Positions 38,937 to 48,800 of a DNA stretch of 64,000 bases are shown here, in pieces. The notes under the pieces were generated by a model. The model was not told the DNA's origin and ran no database searches. It saw only the letters and a list, made by a program, of their open reading frames with translations. The DNA comes from Eubacteriales bacterium (lineage in GTDB: Bacteria; Bacillota; Clostridia; Oscillospirales; CAG-272), in assembly GCA_045650025.1 (NCBI GenBank), contig JAZRQR010000003.1, positions 1,756 through 65,755 of the forward strand, in the 5' to 3' direction. The stretch's first letter is position 1. Every line of letters starts with the position of its first letter. A program made the translations under genes and the position numbers.

Positions 38937-39947
38937 TCAAGGTACGTAGTAGAAATCTGCATCAGGCAGGGCATTGCCAACCGAAGCGGGCGCCACCGCA
39001 TACAAAATTTCAAAGAACTTTTCAAGGCCTGCCTTCATTTCAGCGCCGTCAATGTAGCAAATGTTGGAATTGGGAATTGCCTTTTGTGCAACAGCTGCTT
39101 GTGCGAAAATGCCGGCGTCCACGATCATAGCTCCTGCCTGATCGGGAGTCTGGTTGACAAATTCGATCGATGCCTTGTATTCAGCCAGAAAGGCGTTTAC
39201 TGCATCGGGATACTGCTCAAGGAACGCGGTGCGTACGACCACGCAGCCCTGCATCAGAGAATTTTCGGGATAGTGCTTTTCCCATTCTGCGGTCAGATCC
39301 AAGGAAGCCGTCAGGGAAGCGTTTGCGCTCTTGGCAATGGTCACCATAGGCTCGGGAAGTACAGCGACGTCCACCATGCCGGATGCAAGCGCAGTACGCA
39401 GATCAGCAGGCTGCGCATAGGTGTTGTCGATGACAATGTCCTGGCCAACCTTCAATCCGTTTGCTTCACAAACTGCCTTGAACAAGAAGGTGGGGTTTTG
39501 CGCAGGACAATATACGGTCTTTCCACGCAGATCCTCAAAGGAAGTGATGGCAACCTTTTCGGTGTTATTCATGACGTACAGAACACCCAGAGTGTTGACG
39601 GCAATGACCTTCACGCCGCCCTGGGTCTTGTTATACAGGTTGGCAGCCGCATTGGTGGGCAGTGCCGCAATATCGCAAGCGCCGCTGATCAGCGAAGCGG
39701 TGATATTGGAAGCATCCGTCTCTACCTGAATGGTATAGGGCAGCGCTGTAGCACCGCTCTTATTATCGGAAATCAACTTAGCCATGCCAAAGCCGGTCGT
39801 GCCGTTGAGTACCATGACGTTAACGTTTTCGGGAGTTGCCGTAGGCTCTGCTTCGGGCTGCTTTTGTATGTCGTTACAGCCGACAAAAAGGGAAATAGCG
39901 AGCAGAAGTGCAAGTGTTACGAGGATGATGTGTTGAAAGAGTTTCAT
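38937..39947 (-). CDS. ABC transporter substrate-binding lipoprotein (NMT1/SsuA-like)
   Basis: Lipobox LLAISLFVGC and a periplasmic binding fold. First gene after the regulator in a 4-gene minus-strand operon. Confidence 0.8.
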   Translation of the reverse strand: MKLFQHIILVTLALLLAISLFVGCNDIQKQPEAEPTATPENVNVMVLNGTTGFGMAKLISDNKSGATALPYTIQVETDASNITASLISGACDIAALPTNAAANLYNKTQGGVKVIAVNTLGVLYVMNNTEKVAITSFEDLRGKTVYCPAQNPTFLFKAVCEANGLKVGQDIVIDNTYAQPADLRTALASGMVDVAVLPEPMVTIAKSANASLTASLDLTAEWEKHYPENSLMQGCVVVRTAFLEQYPDAVNAFLAEYKASIEFVNQTPDQAGAMIVDAGIFAQAAVAQKAIPNSNICYIDGAEMKAGLEKFFEILYAVAPASVGNALPDADFYYVP

Positions 39948-39964
39948 TGTGTGTATTCCTTTCT

Positions 39965-40624
39965 TTAATAGTGATGTATCATACGGTCGCGATCTATGAT
40001 GCGAACCGTTTTGTGTTCTTTGGTAATAAATCCGTCCTGCTCCAGCTTATCAAACGCGCGATAAAGCGAGGCTCTGCCAATATCCAGCATAGTGCAAAGC
40101 GCGTTCATGGGCAGATCCAGCGTGACGGTGTTGTCCGTTGCATGTGCATCCAACCAAAAAGCAAGCCTTTGCTCAGCAGATCCCGCCGTCAGGCAAGAGA
40201 TCTTTTGATTGAGGTACAACGTTTTTTGTGCAAGCAAGGCAATGTATTGGTAGCGCACCTTTGCGTCGTGGTCAATCAGATAGATCAAAAATTCCTTGTG
40301 CAGCACCAGCACCTTGCAATCGGTCTTGGCAACGATTCTGGTAGCAAACGGCTGATCCGTAAACAGATTGGAAATACCAAACATTTCGTACGGCGCAAAC
40401 GACCGAAGCAGCACTTGCTTGTCTTCATCAGCGGAATACGCAATCGCGCTTCCTTCGCACAGCACGTACAGCGCATCGCCCGGCTGACCGGGAGAAAGAA
40501 TCATGGATTCCCGCGCAAAATGCAAATATTCAGGCGCCGACACGCGCGCCGCAGCAGCCAGAATCTGTGCGTTCGCCCCTTGCGTAATCGGGAGTAATTT
40601 GAGTATTTGTAAGTATGGATTCAT
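39965..40624 (-). CDS. Crp/Fnr family transcriptional regulator
   Basis: cNMP-binding beta-barrel plus a C-terminal HTH (LPMNALCTMLDIGRASLYRAFDKLEQDGFI). ATG at 40624 with a GGAGG RBS. Confidence 0.85.
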   Translation of the reverse strand: MNPYLQILKLLPITQGANAQILAAAARVSAPEYLHFARESMILSPGQPGDALYVLCEGSAIAYSADEDKQVLLRSFAPYEMFGISNLFTDQPFATRIVAKTDCKVLVLHKEFLIYLIDHDAKVRYQYIALLAQKTLYLNQKISCLTAGSAEQRLAFWLDAHATDNTVTLDLPMNALCTMLDIGRASLYRAFDKLEQDGFITKEHKTVRIIDRDRMIHHY

Positions 40625-40726
40625 GCGGCCTCCGAGTGTCTCATATGATACACTTAAATTATATATGAAGGAGCACAAAATGTCAATAGGATTGCAGAAT
40701 ATTCATGAAAATTCACAGATATGATA

Positions 40727-40755
40727 TTGCATTTTTTGATTTACTGTAGTATAAT
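40727..40755 (+). promoter_or_regulatory. sigma-A promoter for the nucleotidyltransferase-nahK-galE-galM operon
   Basis: TTGCAT-17 nt-TATAAT. Confidence 0.5.
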
Positions 40756-40797
40756 ATAAGAGTTATAAGGGAAACCCTTGTGCAAAGGAGGAATAAT

Positions 40798-41694
40798 ATG
40801 ACTCTTGTAATCTTGGCAGCGGGAATGGGCTCTCGTTACGGCGGTCTCAAGCAGATCGACCCCATGACCGAGCACGGTGAATTTATTATCGATTTTTCCA
40901 TTTACGATGCAATTCAAGCAGGCTTTGATAAGGTTGTATTTATTATCAAACGCGAAAATTATCAAGCGTTTGCTGATACAGTCGGCAAGAGAGTATCGTC
41001 TCACATTCAAACCTGCTATGCATTCCAGGAGCTGAGCGACCTGCCGGAGGGCTACGCAGTACCCGAGGGAAGAACTAAGCCCTGGGGCACGGGTCACGCG
41101 CTCTATGCAGCACGCAACTATCTGACCGAGAATTTCGCAGTCATCAATTCGGATGACTATTACGGACGCGATGCGTTTTTCAAAGCAGCGGAGCATCTTC
41201 GTAACTCTGCGGACGGCGAGCACTATTGCATGGTTGGTTATAAGCTTGGCAATACGCTTTCCGATAGCGGCACGGTCTCGCGCGGACAATGCTACGTGGA
41301 TGACAAGGATATGCTGACGGGCGTTATCGAACGCACCGATATTAAACGCGTGGACGATCACGCGGCTTATTGCGACGCAGACGGCGAGTGGATCGACCTG
41401 CCTGCTGATACCGTGGTTTCCATGAACTTCTGGGGCTTGACGCCCGGCATCGTCCCCAAGCTCTCTCAAGGCTTTGAGGAATTTCTTGCAAAGCGCGGCA
41501 CGGAGCTTAAGAGCGAATTCTATCTGCCCGGCGCTGTCGATACGTTTATGAAGGCAGGGGAGTGCGACGTACGCGTATATCGCACCGATGCACAATGGTA
41601 CGGCGTAACCTACACACAGGATAAGGATTACGTCAAGGCTTCGATCCGCAAAATGATCGAGCAGGGTATTTATCCGAACTCATTATGGGGTTAA
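40798..41694 (+). CDS. sugar-1-phosphate nucleotidyltransferase family protein
   Basis: MTLVILAAGMGSRYGGLKQIDP (GxGxR NTP_transferase motif) and KPWGTGHAL. The ATG at 40798 is 6 nt after AAAGGAGG. Confidence 0.8.
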   Translation: MTLVILAAGMGSRYGGLKQIDPMTEHGEFIIDFSIYDAIQAGFDKVVFIIKRENYQAFADTVGKRVSSHIQTCYAFQELSDLPEGYAVPEGRTKPWGTGHALYAARNYLTENFAVINSDDYYGRDAFFKAAEHLRNSADGEHYCMVGYKLGNTLSDSGTVSRGQCYVDDKDMLTGVIERTDIKRVDDHAAYCDADGEWIDLPADTVVSMNFWGLTPGIVPKLSQGFEEFLAKRGTELKSEFYLPGAVDTFMKAGECDVRVYRTDAQWYGVTYTQDKDYVKASIRKMIEQGIYPNSLWG

Positions 41695-41724
41695 TCTGAC
41701 CCAACTAATTTTGAAAGGACTTAT

Positions 41725-42825
41725 ATGAATCACGCACAGATTTTTTTGATCGCCGAGGAATTTCAGTTTCACGGCAAGCCGATCTCGGTTACAGAATGCA
41801 CTACAGGTCATATCAACTCGACCTTTTTCGTTGATTGCAGCTCGGATGAGGGACTTTTCCGTTACGTACTGCAAAGTGTCAACACCTCGATTTTTAAAAA
41901 GCCTGATCAGGTCATGCAGAACATTCTGCACGTTACCAAGCACATTGAAAACAAGCTGATCGCAACCGGCGGTGACGCCAAGCGCGGCACCCTGCACGTA
42001 GTCAACGCCAAGGACGGGCATTATGCACATATTGATAGCGAAGGACGCTTCTGGCGCGCTTATGAGTTCGTTGAGGATGCAACCTGCTACCAGGCGGTAG
42101 AATCCGAGGAAATGTTCACCAAGGTCGGCAAGGCTTTCGGTATTTTCCAAAGACAACTTGCAGACTTTGATGCGTCGCTCTTGTTTGAGTCGATCCCCAA
42201 TTTCCACAATACAGAGGACAGATTTAATCAGTTTATTACCGCAATGGAAAATGACGCAGCAGGCAGACGCGAAAGTGTACGTGATGAAATCGCATTCGTA
42301 CTGCGCAGACAAGACAGCTGCAGCTACATCAACGAGCGTATTGCAGACGGCAGAATCCCGCTGCGCGTCACGCACAACGACACCAAGCTCAACAACATCA
42401 TGCTGGATAACGAAACGGGCGAGGGCATTTGCGTAATCGACCTGGATACCGTTATGCCCGGCTCTGTACTTGCCGATTTTGGTGACAGCATTCGTTTCGG
42501 TGCGTCCTCCGCTGCGGAGGACGAGACCGATCTGGATAAGGTATACGTCCGTCTTGAAATGTTCGATGCATTTGCAAAGGGCTTTATCGAGGGCCTCGAT
42601 CATTCTCTGACCGAAGAGGAGATCCTCTCTCTGCCTATGGGCGCTTACATACTGACGCTGGAAACCGGTATTCGTTTCCTGACTGACTATCTCAATGGGG
42701 ATACCTATTTCAGAACATCGTATGCACAGCACAATCTCGACCGTGCACGCAATCAGTTCAAGCTTGTTGCGGATATGGAAGAGAAGATGGATCAGATGAA
42801 TCAGATCATCCAAAAATATTTGTAA
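41725..42825 (+). CDS. nahK: N-acetylhexosamine 1-kinase-like anomeric sugar kinase (APH family)
   Basis: Collinear with my recollection of Bifidobacterium longum NahK: GHINSTF, LQSVNTSIF, RVTHNDTKLNNIMLD, VIDLDTVMPGS, DFGDSIRFGAS, AQHNLDRARNQFKLV. Confidence 0.8.
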   Translation: MNHAQIFLIAEEFQFHGKPISVTECTTGHINSTFFVDCSSDEGLFRYVLQSVNTSIFKKPDQVMQNILHVTKHIENKLIATGGDAKRGTLHVVNAKDGHYAHIDSEGRFWRAYEFVEDATCYQAVESEEMFTKVGKAFGIFQRQLADFDASLLFESIPNFHNTEDRFNQFITAMENDAAGRRESVRDEIAFVLRRQDSCSYINERIADGRIPLRVTHNDTKLNNIMLDNETGEGICVIDLDTVMPGSVLADFGDSIRFGASSAAEDETDLDKVYVRLEMFDAFAKGFIEGLDHSLTEEEILSLPMGAYILTLETGIRFLTDYLNGDTYFRTSYAQHNLDRARNQFKLVADMEEKMDQMNQIIQKYL

Positions 42826-42843
42826 AACACGGAGGATAGACAA

Positions 42844-43863
42844 ATGGCAGTTCTCATTACCGGCGGCGCGGGCTTTATCGGCTCTCACGCTGCAGTAGAA
42901 TTCTTGAACAAGGGTTATGACCTTGTAATCCTGGACAATTTCTCCAACAGTAAGCCCTGCGTGCTGGATCGCATCCGCCAGATCACGGGCAAGAATTTCA
43001 AGTTTTACGAGATTGATCTGCTTGACAAGACAGCAGTAGACGCAATGTTTGACGAGTGCCCCGAAATCGATTCCTGCATTCACTTCGCAGGTCTTAAGGC
43101 AGTCGGCGAATCGGTGCAGATGCCTCTTGAATATTACCACAACAACCTGACCGGCACCATCAATCTTTGCCAGTCCATGCGTGCACACGGTGTTAAGACC
43201 ATCGTATTCAGCTCGTCCGCAACCGTTTACGGTGACCCCGCAACCGTGCCGATCCGTGAGGATTTCCCCACGGGCAACACCACCAACCCCTATGGTGAAA
43301 CCAAGCACATGATCGAGCGCATTCTGAAGGACATGCAGTTTGCAGATCCCGAATGGAGCGTTTCCATTCTGCGTTACTTCAACCCCATCGGCGCGCATGA
43401 AAGCGGATTGATCGGTGAAGATCCCGCAGGTATCCCCAACAATTTGCTTCCTTATATTACGCAGGTTGCTTCCGGCAAACGCGAGTATCTGCGCGTTTAC
43501 GGCAATGACTATCCCACGCACGATGGCACCGGCGTACGCGATTATATCCACGTAGTAGACTTGGCTCGCGCACACCTCTCGGCTCTGGAGCGCGCTGTCA
43601 AGATGCATGCAATCGAGTATTACAATATTGGTACCGGTAACGGTTATTCCGTATTGGACGTCGTACACGCATTTGAAGCAGTCACCGGCAAGCCTTTGCC
43701 TTATCGCATTGAAGCTCGTCGTCCCGGTGATATCGCCGTGTGCTATGCAGATCCCACCAAGGCTGAGCAGGTGCTTGGCTGGAAGGCAGAGTACGACATG
43801 ACTCGTATGTGCCAGGACGCTTATAGATGGCAGTCCATGAACCCTAACGGATACGGAGATTGA
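42844..43863 (+). CDS. galE: UDP-glucose (or UDP-hexosamine) 4-epimerase
   Basis: MAVLITGGAGFIGSH, SSSATVYG, YxxxK (YGETKHMIE). 339 aa. Confidence 0.92.
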   Translation: MAVLITGGAGFIGSHAAVEFLNKGYDLVILDNFSNSKPCVLDRIRQITGKNFKFYEIDLLDKTAVDAMFDECPEIDSCIHFAGLKAVGESVQMPLEYYHNNLTGTINLCQSMRAHGVKTIVFSSSATVYGDPATVPIREDFPTGNTTNPYGETKHMIERILKDMQFADPEWSVSILRYFNPIGAHESGLIGEDPAGIPNNLLPYITQVASGKREYLRVYGNDYPTHDGTGVRDYIHVVDLARAHLSALERAVKMHAIEYYNIGTGNGYSVLDVVHAFEAVTGKPLPYRIEARRPGDIAVCYADPTKAEQVLGWKAEYDMTRMCQDAYRWQSMNPNGYGD

Positions 43864-43867
43864 TGCA

Positions 43868-44926
43868 ATGGTAACAAGAGAATTATTCGGCTACATGCCC
43901 GACGGACAAGAGGTATACGTTTACACGCTGCAGCATCATCCGGGCGGCATTCGCGCTAAGGTTTGCGAGTTCGGCGGCACTTTGATGAGTATCGAAGCAC
44001 CCGATAAGAACGGCTGCTTTACCAACGTGCTTTGCGGCTATGATTCCTTGAAGGACCTCATGGAAGCAGACGGCTACGTGGGTGCTCTGATCGGTCGCTA
44101 CGGCAACCGCATTGGCGGAGCAAAGTTCACGCTGGAGGGCAAGGAATACACCCTGTATCCCAACAATAACGGCAACACGCTGCATGGCGGCAAGGTTGGC
44201 TTTTCGCATAAGCTGTGGGCATCCTCGTATTCGGATACCACCCAGCCCAGCGTGTATCTCTCGCTGATTTCTCCCGATATGGAAGAGGGCTTCCCGGGTG
44301 AGCTTGCTTGCACCGTGACCTATCGCATCACCGAGGACGACACGCTTGCTATTGATTACAAGGCAATCACCAATAAGACCACAGTCATCAGCCTGACCAA
44401 TCACGCTTATTTCAACCTGGGCGGCTTTGCTTCTGGTAAGGTATTTGATCAGGTGCTGCAGATCGATGCAGATCGCTACGTCAAAACCGATGAGCAGCTG
44501 ATTCCCACGGGCGAGATCGCATCGGTAGAGGGAACCCCCTTTGATTTCCGTACGGAAAAGCCGATCGGACAGGATTTCTTTGCGGATGACAACGATCTCA
44601 AGCTCGCAGGCGGTTACGACCATTGCTTCTGCTTTAACACCTATGACGGACAGATCAAGCGCGTTGCAACCGCATACGATCCTGCAACCGGCAGAGCCAT
44701 GGACGTGCGTACCGATCTGCCTTGCGTGCAGTTCTACAGCGCAAACTTTATGACCGATGACGGACACCCTTTCTACGGTGGCTACAGAAAGCAGACGCAG
44801 AATGCGTTCTGTCTGGAGACGCAGATCATGCCTGACAGTCCCAATCACGCAAACTTTACCCCTTGCGTTCTCAAGCCCGGTGACGTCTATATGACCACAA
44901 CCGAATTCAAATTCTACGTTAAATAA
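43868..44926 (+). CDS. galM: aldose 1-epimerase (galactose mutarotase)
   Basis: GRYGNRIGGAKFTLEGKEYTLYPNNNGNTLHGG, NHAYFNL and a GYDHCF-type motif. Confidence 0.88.
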   Translation: MVTRELFGYMPDGQEVYVYTLQHHPGGIRAKVCEFGGTLMSIEAPDKNGCFTNVLCGYDSLKDLMEADGYVGALIGRYGNRIGGAKFTLEGKEYTLYPNNNGNTLHGGKVGFSHKLWASSYSDTTQPSVYLSLISPDMEEGFPGELACTVTYRITEDDTLAIDYKAITNKTTVISLTNHAYFNLGGFASGKVFDQVLQIDADRYVKTDEQLIPTGEIASVEGTPFDFRTEKPIGQDFFADDNDLKLAGGYDHCFCFNTYDGQIKRVATAYDPATGRAMDVRTDLPCVQFYSANFMTDDGHPFYGGYRKQTQNAFCLETQIMPDSPNHANFTPCVLKPGDVYMTTTEFKFYVK

Positions 44927-44930
44927 TCAC

Positions 44931-44962
44931 AAAACCGACTCGGAAACGGGTCGGTTTTCTTC
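44931..44962 (+). terminator. rho-independent terminator
   Basis: AAAACCGAC-tcggaaacgg-GTCGGTTTT plus ctt. Confidence 0.7.
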
Positions 44963-45014
44963 ATATACCCATCTTTTATGGCATATATTGCATCGAAAGG
45001 TGGTGCTATATCAT

Positions 45015-46208
45015 ATGAAAAAGCGATACTTGCGGCTATTGACGGCAGTTGTCACGGTGCTCTTACTGCTGACAAGCATTCAGGCACATGCGCAAAGTGA
45101 GAATGATTGGGCATTGTGGAGCCAGACCGACGGCAAGACTTCCTTTGAAGGGGAGCTTGCTTGCAAATCCGCCGTGCTCATGGAAGCACAAACAGGGGAG
45201 ATCCTATATGAAATGAATGCGGATCAAGGGCTAGCTCCCGCATCGGTAACCAAGGTTATGACCCTGCTGTTGGTCATGGAGGCAATTGAACAAGGCAAGA
45301 TCAAATGGGAGGACACGGTAACTGCCAGCGCTCACGCATGTTCCATGGGCGGCTCACAAATCTATCTCAAGGAAGGCGAGCGCATGAGCGTGGAGGATCT
45401 TGTCAAGAGCGTGGTGATCGCCTCTGCCAACGATGCAGCTCTTGCACTTGCCGAGCATATTGCGGGCAGCGAGCAATCCTTTGTCAAAATGATGAACGAT
45501 AAGGCTCTGCAGCTGGATATGCTCAACACCAAATTTGAAAACACAAACGGGCTGGACGATACGACGCAGAATCATTACACCTCCGCGCGGGATATTGCCA
45601 TAATGTCACGCGAGCTGATCAAGCACAAAAAGATATTGGAGTACAGCTCGATCTGGATGGACACCATCCGTGACGGCGCGTTTGGCTTGACCAATACCAA
45701 CCGGTTGGTACGCTTTTATAAAGGCTGTACGGGCCTCAAAACAGGCTCTACCTCAAAAGCGGGCTTTTGTGTCAGCGCAACTGCTGAGCGCGACGGCATG
45801 ACGCTGATCTGCGTAGTCATGGGAGCAGAGAATCGCGACGTGCGCAATCAGATTGCCACGCAGCTTCTGGATTGGGGCTTTGCCAATTACGGTCTGCTTG
45901 CAAAGCCGGGCGGAGAATTGACAGGTGTTGTAGTCAAAGGCGGCACACAACGCACGGTATCGGCAAGATATGGCAGCTTTTATTGCGTAATGCCAAAAAG
46001 CGATATTGCTAAAGTGCAGGAGCTTGCCGAGATGGACGCACCGTTCTACAGTGCGCCTGTACGCATTGGTGATAAGATCGGCAAGGTAACCTACACGCTG
46101 GACGGCAAGCAGATCGGCAGCGTTTGCATCCTGTGCACAGAAAACGTCGAAAAAAGGGGCTACATGGGGACACTTGCAAGCTTGTTTGCAAAATTTCTAC
46201 TGATTTAG
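45015..46208 (+). CDS. D-alanyl-D-alanine carboxypeptidase (S11, PBP5-like)
   Basis: Signal peptide, SxxK (SVTKVMT), SxN (SANDAA) and KTG (LKTGST). Confidence 0.88.
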   Translation: MKKRYLRLLTAVVTVLLLLTSIQAHAQSENDWALWSQTDGKTSFEGELACKSAVLMEAQTGEILYEMNADQGLAPASVTKVMTLLLVMEAIEQGKIKWEDTVTASAHACSMGGSQIYLKEGERMSVEDLVKSVVIASANDAALALAEHIAGSEQSFVKMMNDKALQLDMLNTKFENTNGLDDTTQNHYTSARDIAIMSRELIKHKKILEYSSIWMDTIRDGAFGLTNTNRLVRFYKGCTGLKTGSTSKAGFCVSATAERDGMTLICVVMGAENRDVRNQIATQLLDWGFANYGLLAKPGGELTGVVVKGGTQRTVSARYGSFYCVMPKSDIAKVQELAEMDAPFYSAPVRIGDKIGKVTYTLDGKQIGSVCILCTENVEKRGYMGTLASLFAKFLLI

Positions 46209-46230
46209 TATAAAAATACACGCGCGGCAC

Positions 46231-46259
46231 TTGAAAAAATCTGCGTAATGCGTTATAAT
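46231..46259 (+). promoter_or_regulatory. sigma-A promoter for pgi
   Basis: TTGAAA-17 nt-TATAAT. Confidence 0.55.
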
Positions 46260-46305
46260 GAAAGCAGACGCCCCACGGGCGAAAAACGAAAAGGCGGTAC
46301 AAAAC

Positions 46306-47643
46306 ATGGCAATCCGACTCAACGACAATTATTTGAATGGTTTTATTCTCAAGCAAGAATACACCGCAATTCAACCGCAGGTAACCGCTGCGCATAAAAT
46401 GCTGATCGAGAAGACCGGTCTTGGCAACGATTTTCTTGGTTGGACCACGCTTCCCGATGATTACGACAAGCAGGAATTCGCAAAGATCAAGGAATGCGCA
46501 GACAAGATCAAAAAGGACTGTGACGTATTTATCGTCATCGGTATCGGAGGCTCTTATCTCGGCGCACGCGCTGTGATCGAATATCTCAAGTCTCCCTTGT
46601 ATAACAATCTTAAGAAGGACACCCCCGACATCTATTTTGCAGGCTGCAATATCAGCGCAGCTTCTATTGCAGAGCTGCTGAGCATTTGCGAGGGCAAGGA
46701 CGTTTGCATCAACGTGATCTCCAAGTCGGGCACGACGACCGAGCCTGCTGTTGCTTTCCGCGTATTCCGTAATATGCTGGAAGAGAAGTACGGCGCAGAA
46801 GGCGCTAAGGAGCGCATTTATGTGACAACCGACCGCCAAAAGGGCACACTCAAGGCATTTTCCGATCAGATGGGCTACCAGACCTTTGTCGTTCCGGATG
46901 ACGTTGGCGGTAGATTCTCGGTACTCACAGCGGTTGGCTTGCTTCCCATCGCAGTTGCAGGCATTGACGTGGACGCGCTGATGAAGGGTGCTGACGATGC
47001 AAGACTTGCATACTCCAATGACGCCATTGACAACAACGATTGCTATAAGTATGCAGCGATCCGTAACATTCTGTACAGAAAGGGCAAGACAACCGAAATT
47101 CTGGTTGGCTACGAGGCCTATTCGCAGATGTTCAACGAATGGTGGAAGCAGCTTTATGGCGAGAGTGAGGGCAAGGATCAGAAGGGTATCTTCCCGGCAT
47201 CCGTTATCTTCTCAACCGACCTGCACTCCTTGGGTCAGTACATTCAGGACGGCATGCGCAATCTGTTTGAAACTGTAATCTCGATCGAAGATAACGACGT
47301 GAAGTTTGACATTCCGCATGACCCCGCAAACGTAGACGGCTTGAACTTCCTGTCCGGTGTAGATCTCAACGTGGTAAAGAAAACTGCTATGCAGGGAACC
47401 CTGCTTGCACACGTTGACGGTGGCGTACCCAACGTGCTGCTGCAGATCAAGGACAGAAGCGCATATTCGCTTGGTTACATGATCTACTTCTTCGAGCTGG
47501 CTTGCGCAATCTCCGGTTACATACTTGGTGTCAATCCGTTTGACCAGCCCGGTGTTGAAGCATACAAGAAAAACATGTTCGCGCTTCTCGGAAAACCCGG
47601 TTACGAAGAAATGAAGCAAAAACTTGAGGCAAGATTAGGATAA
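46306..47643 (+). CDS. pgi: glucose-6-phosphate isomerase
   Basis: [37 protein letters not shown]. The ATG at 46306 is 8 nt after AAGGCGG. Confidence 0.93.
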   Translation: MAIRLNDNYLNGFILKQEYTAIQPQVTAAHKMLIEKTGLGNDFLGWTTLPDDYDKQEFAKIKECADKIKKDCDVFIVIGIGGSYLGARAVIEYLKSPLYNNLKKDTPDIYFAGCNISAASIAELLSICEGKDVCINVISKSGTTTEPAVAFRVFRNMLEEKYGAEGAKERIYVTTDRQKGTLKAFSDQMGYQTFVVPDDVGGRFSVLTAVGLLPIAVAGIDVDALMKGADDARLAYSNDAIDNNDCYKYAAIRNILYRKGKTTEILVGYEAYSQMFNEWWKQLYGESEGKDQKGIFPASVIFSTDLHSLGQYIQDGMRNLFETVISIEDNDVKFDIPHDPANVDGLNFLSGVDLNVVKKTAMQGTLLAHVDGGVPNVLLQIKDRSAYSLGYMIYFFELACAISGYILGVNPFDQPGVEAYKKNMFALLGKPGYEEMKQKLEARLG

Positions 47644-47658
47644 TTTTTAAAAAAGGTC

Positions 47659-47687
47659 TTGCCAAAACTAAAAAAATATTGTATAAT
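47659..47687 (+). promoter_or_regulatory. sigma-A promoter
   Basis: TTGCCA-17 nt-TATAAT. Confidence 0.5.
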
Positions 47688-47718
47688 ATAACAAAGCATA
47701 CTATGGAGGTCTAAATAT

Positions 47719-48126
47719 ATGCTCAAATTGCTCATTGGTGTTAAAGGCACCGGAAAAACAAAGACTTTGATTGAACTGGTTAACGACGCTCTTTCTAAGA
47801 CGCAGGGCGATGTCGTCTGCATCGAGAAGGGTGTTAAGCTGAGATACGACGTGAAGTATCAGGCAAGACTGATCAACACGAACGAATATCTGGTATTCGA
47901 CGCTGAAACTCTGTACGGTTTCATCGCCGGTATCCTTGCAAGCAACCACGACGTTTCTGATCTGTTCGTAGACTCCGCTCTCAAGATCTGCAACGAGGAT
48001 GCTGTTGCATTCGAAAAGATGGTTCTCGCAGTTGACGAGCTCTGCTCCAAGATGAACGTAAACGTTGTAATGACTGCTTCTCTGCCTGCAGAAGAGGCTA
48101 CCGATACCATTAAGAAGTATCTGTAA
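47719..48126 (+). CDS. small Walker-A protein of unknown function
   Basis: 135 aa. GVKGTGKTKT P-loop at residues 7-16 and a possible Walker B at DLFVDSA. Has its own promoter and terminator. Confidence 0.65.
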   Translation: MLKLLIGVKGTGKTKTLIELVNDALSKTQGDVVCIEKGVKLRYDVKYQARLINTNEYLVFDAETLYGFIAGILASNHDVSDLFVDSALKICNEDAVAFEKMVLAVDELCSKMNVNVVMTASLPAEEATDTIKKYL

Positions 48127-48150
48127 TTACACATATACAGTTGTCTTTAT

Positions 48151-48178
48151 GAAAAAAGAGGCGAATGCCTCTTTTTTC
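48151..48178 (+). terminator. rho-independent terminator
   Basis: GAAAAAAGAGGC-gaat-GCCTCTTTTTTC. Confidence 0.85.
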
Positions 48179-48199
48179 ATCTTTTAAAAGGAGAGAATC

Positions 48200-48601
48200 A
48201 TGAAAGACCTTGTTTTGAAAACCTATCGCATTACGGATCTGCAGTTTCAGAATCATGCCGCTGCAACGGGAAAAGCAAAGCTGGAAACCAAGTATACCTA
48301 TCAAGTCAAGTTTGGCAATAACAACACCTGCAGAGCAGAGATGAGGGTATCGGTCATAGACCAAGAAAATCCGGATGCTATCAAGGTGGATTTGACGATG
48401 GTTGGCATTTTTGAAATCGCTTCAGATCAGGATAAGGAGCTGCTGCATAAGGAATCCTTTAAGCAGCTGTATCCGTTTGCAAGAGCTGCTATTTCCACCA
48501 TTTCGTCTACAACGGGCATCCTACCCATCATTATCCCGGCTGTGGATATTGACAGCCAGGACATTTACCGCTATAATCCCGAGCTGTTTTCGAACAAATA
48601 A
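48200..48601 (+). CDS. SecB-like chaperone family protein
   Basis: 133 aa. The VDLTMVGIFEI...LYPFARAAISTISSTTGILPIIIPAVDID pattern parallels E. coli SecB AGIFSI...[29 protein letters not shown] (from memory). Confidence 0.55.
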   Translation: MKDLVLKTYRITDLQFQNHAAATGKAKLETKYTYQVKFGNNNTCRAEMRVSVIDQENPDAIKVDLTMVGIFEIASDQDKELLHKESFKQLYPFARAAISTISSTTGILPIIIPAVDIDSQDIYRYNPELFSNK

Positions 48602-48626
48602 TTTTATAGTTTTTTTCGAAAAGGGG

Positions 48627-48655
48627 TTGCATTTCGCTGGTATTTGTGATATAAT
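48627..48655 (+). promoter_or_regulatory. sigma-A promoter for tRNA-Val
   Basis: TTGCAT-17 nt-TATAAT with a TGn extended -10, ending 11 nt before the tRNA 5' end. Confidence 0.6.
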
Positions 48656-48666
48656 ACCAAGCGTCC

Positions 48667-48743
48667 GGAAGCGTAGCTCAGTTGGTCAGAGCGCACGGTT
48701 CACATCCGTGAGGTCATGGGTTCGAGCCCCCTCGTTTCCACCA
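48667..48743 (+). tRNA. tRNA-Val (anticodon CAC), CCA encoded
   Basis: Cloverleaf by hand. Acceptor GGAAGCG/CGTTTCC (one G-U pair), D-arm GCTCAGTTGGTCAGAGC, anticodon stem CACGG/CCGTG with loop TTCACAT, T-arm GGGTTCGAGCCCC, then ACCA. Confidence 0.9.
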
Positions 48744-48787
48744 TAACAGAAAGAGGAGTTGCATTCGCATACTCCTCTTTCTGTTAT
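48744..48787 (+). terminator. 17-bp hairpin after the tRNA
   Basis: ATAACAGAAAGAGGAGT-tgcattcgcat-ACTCCTCTTTCTGTTAT. No clear U-tract. Confidence 0.55.
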
Positions 48788-48800
48788 GACGCAAACTTCA

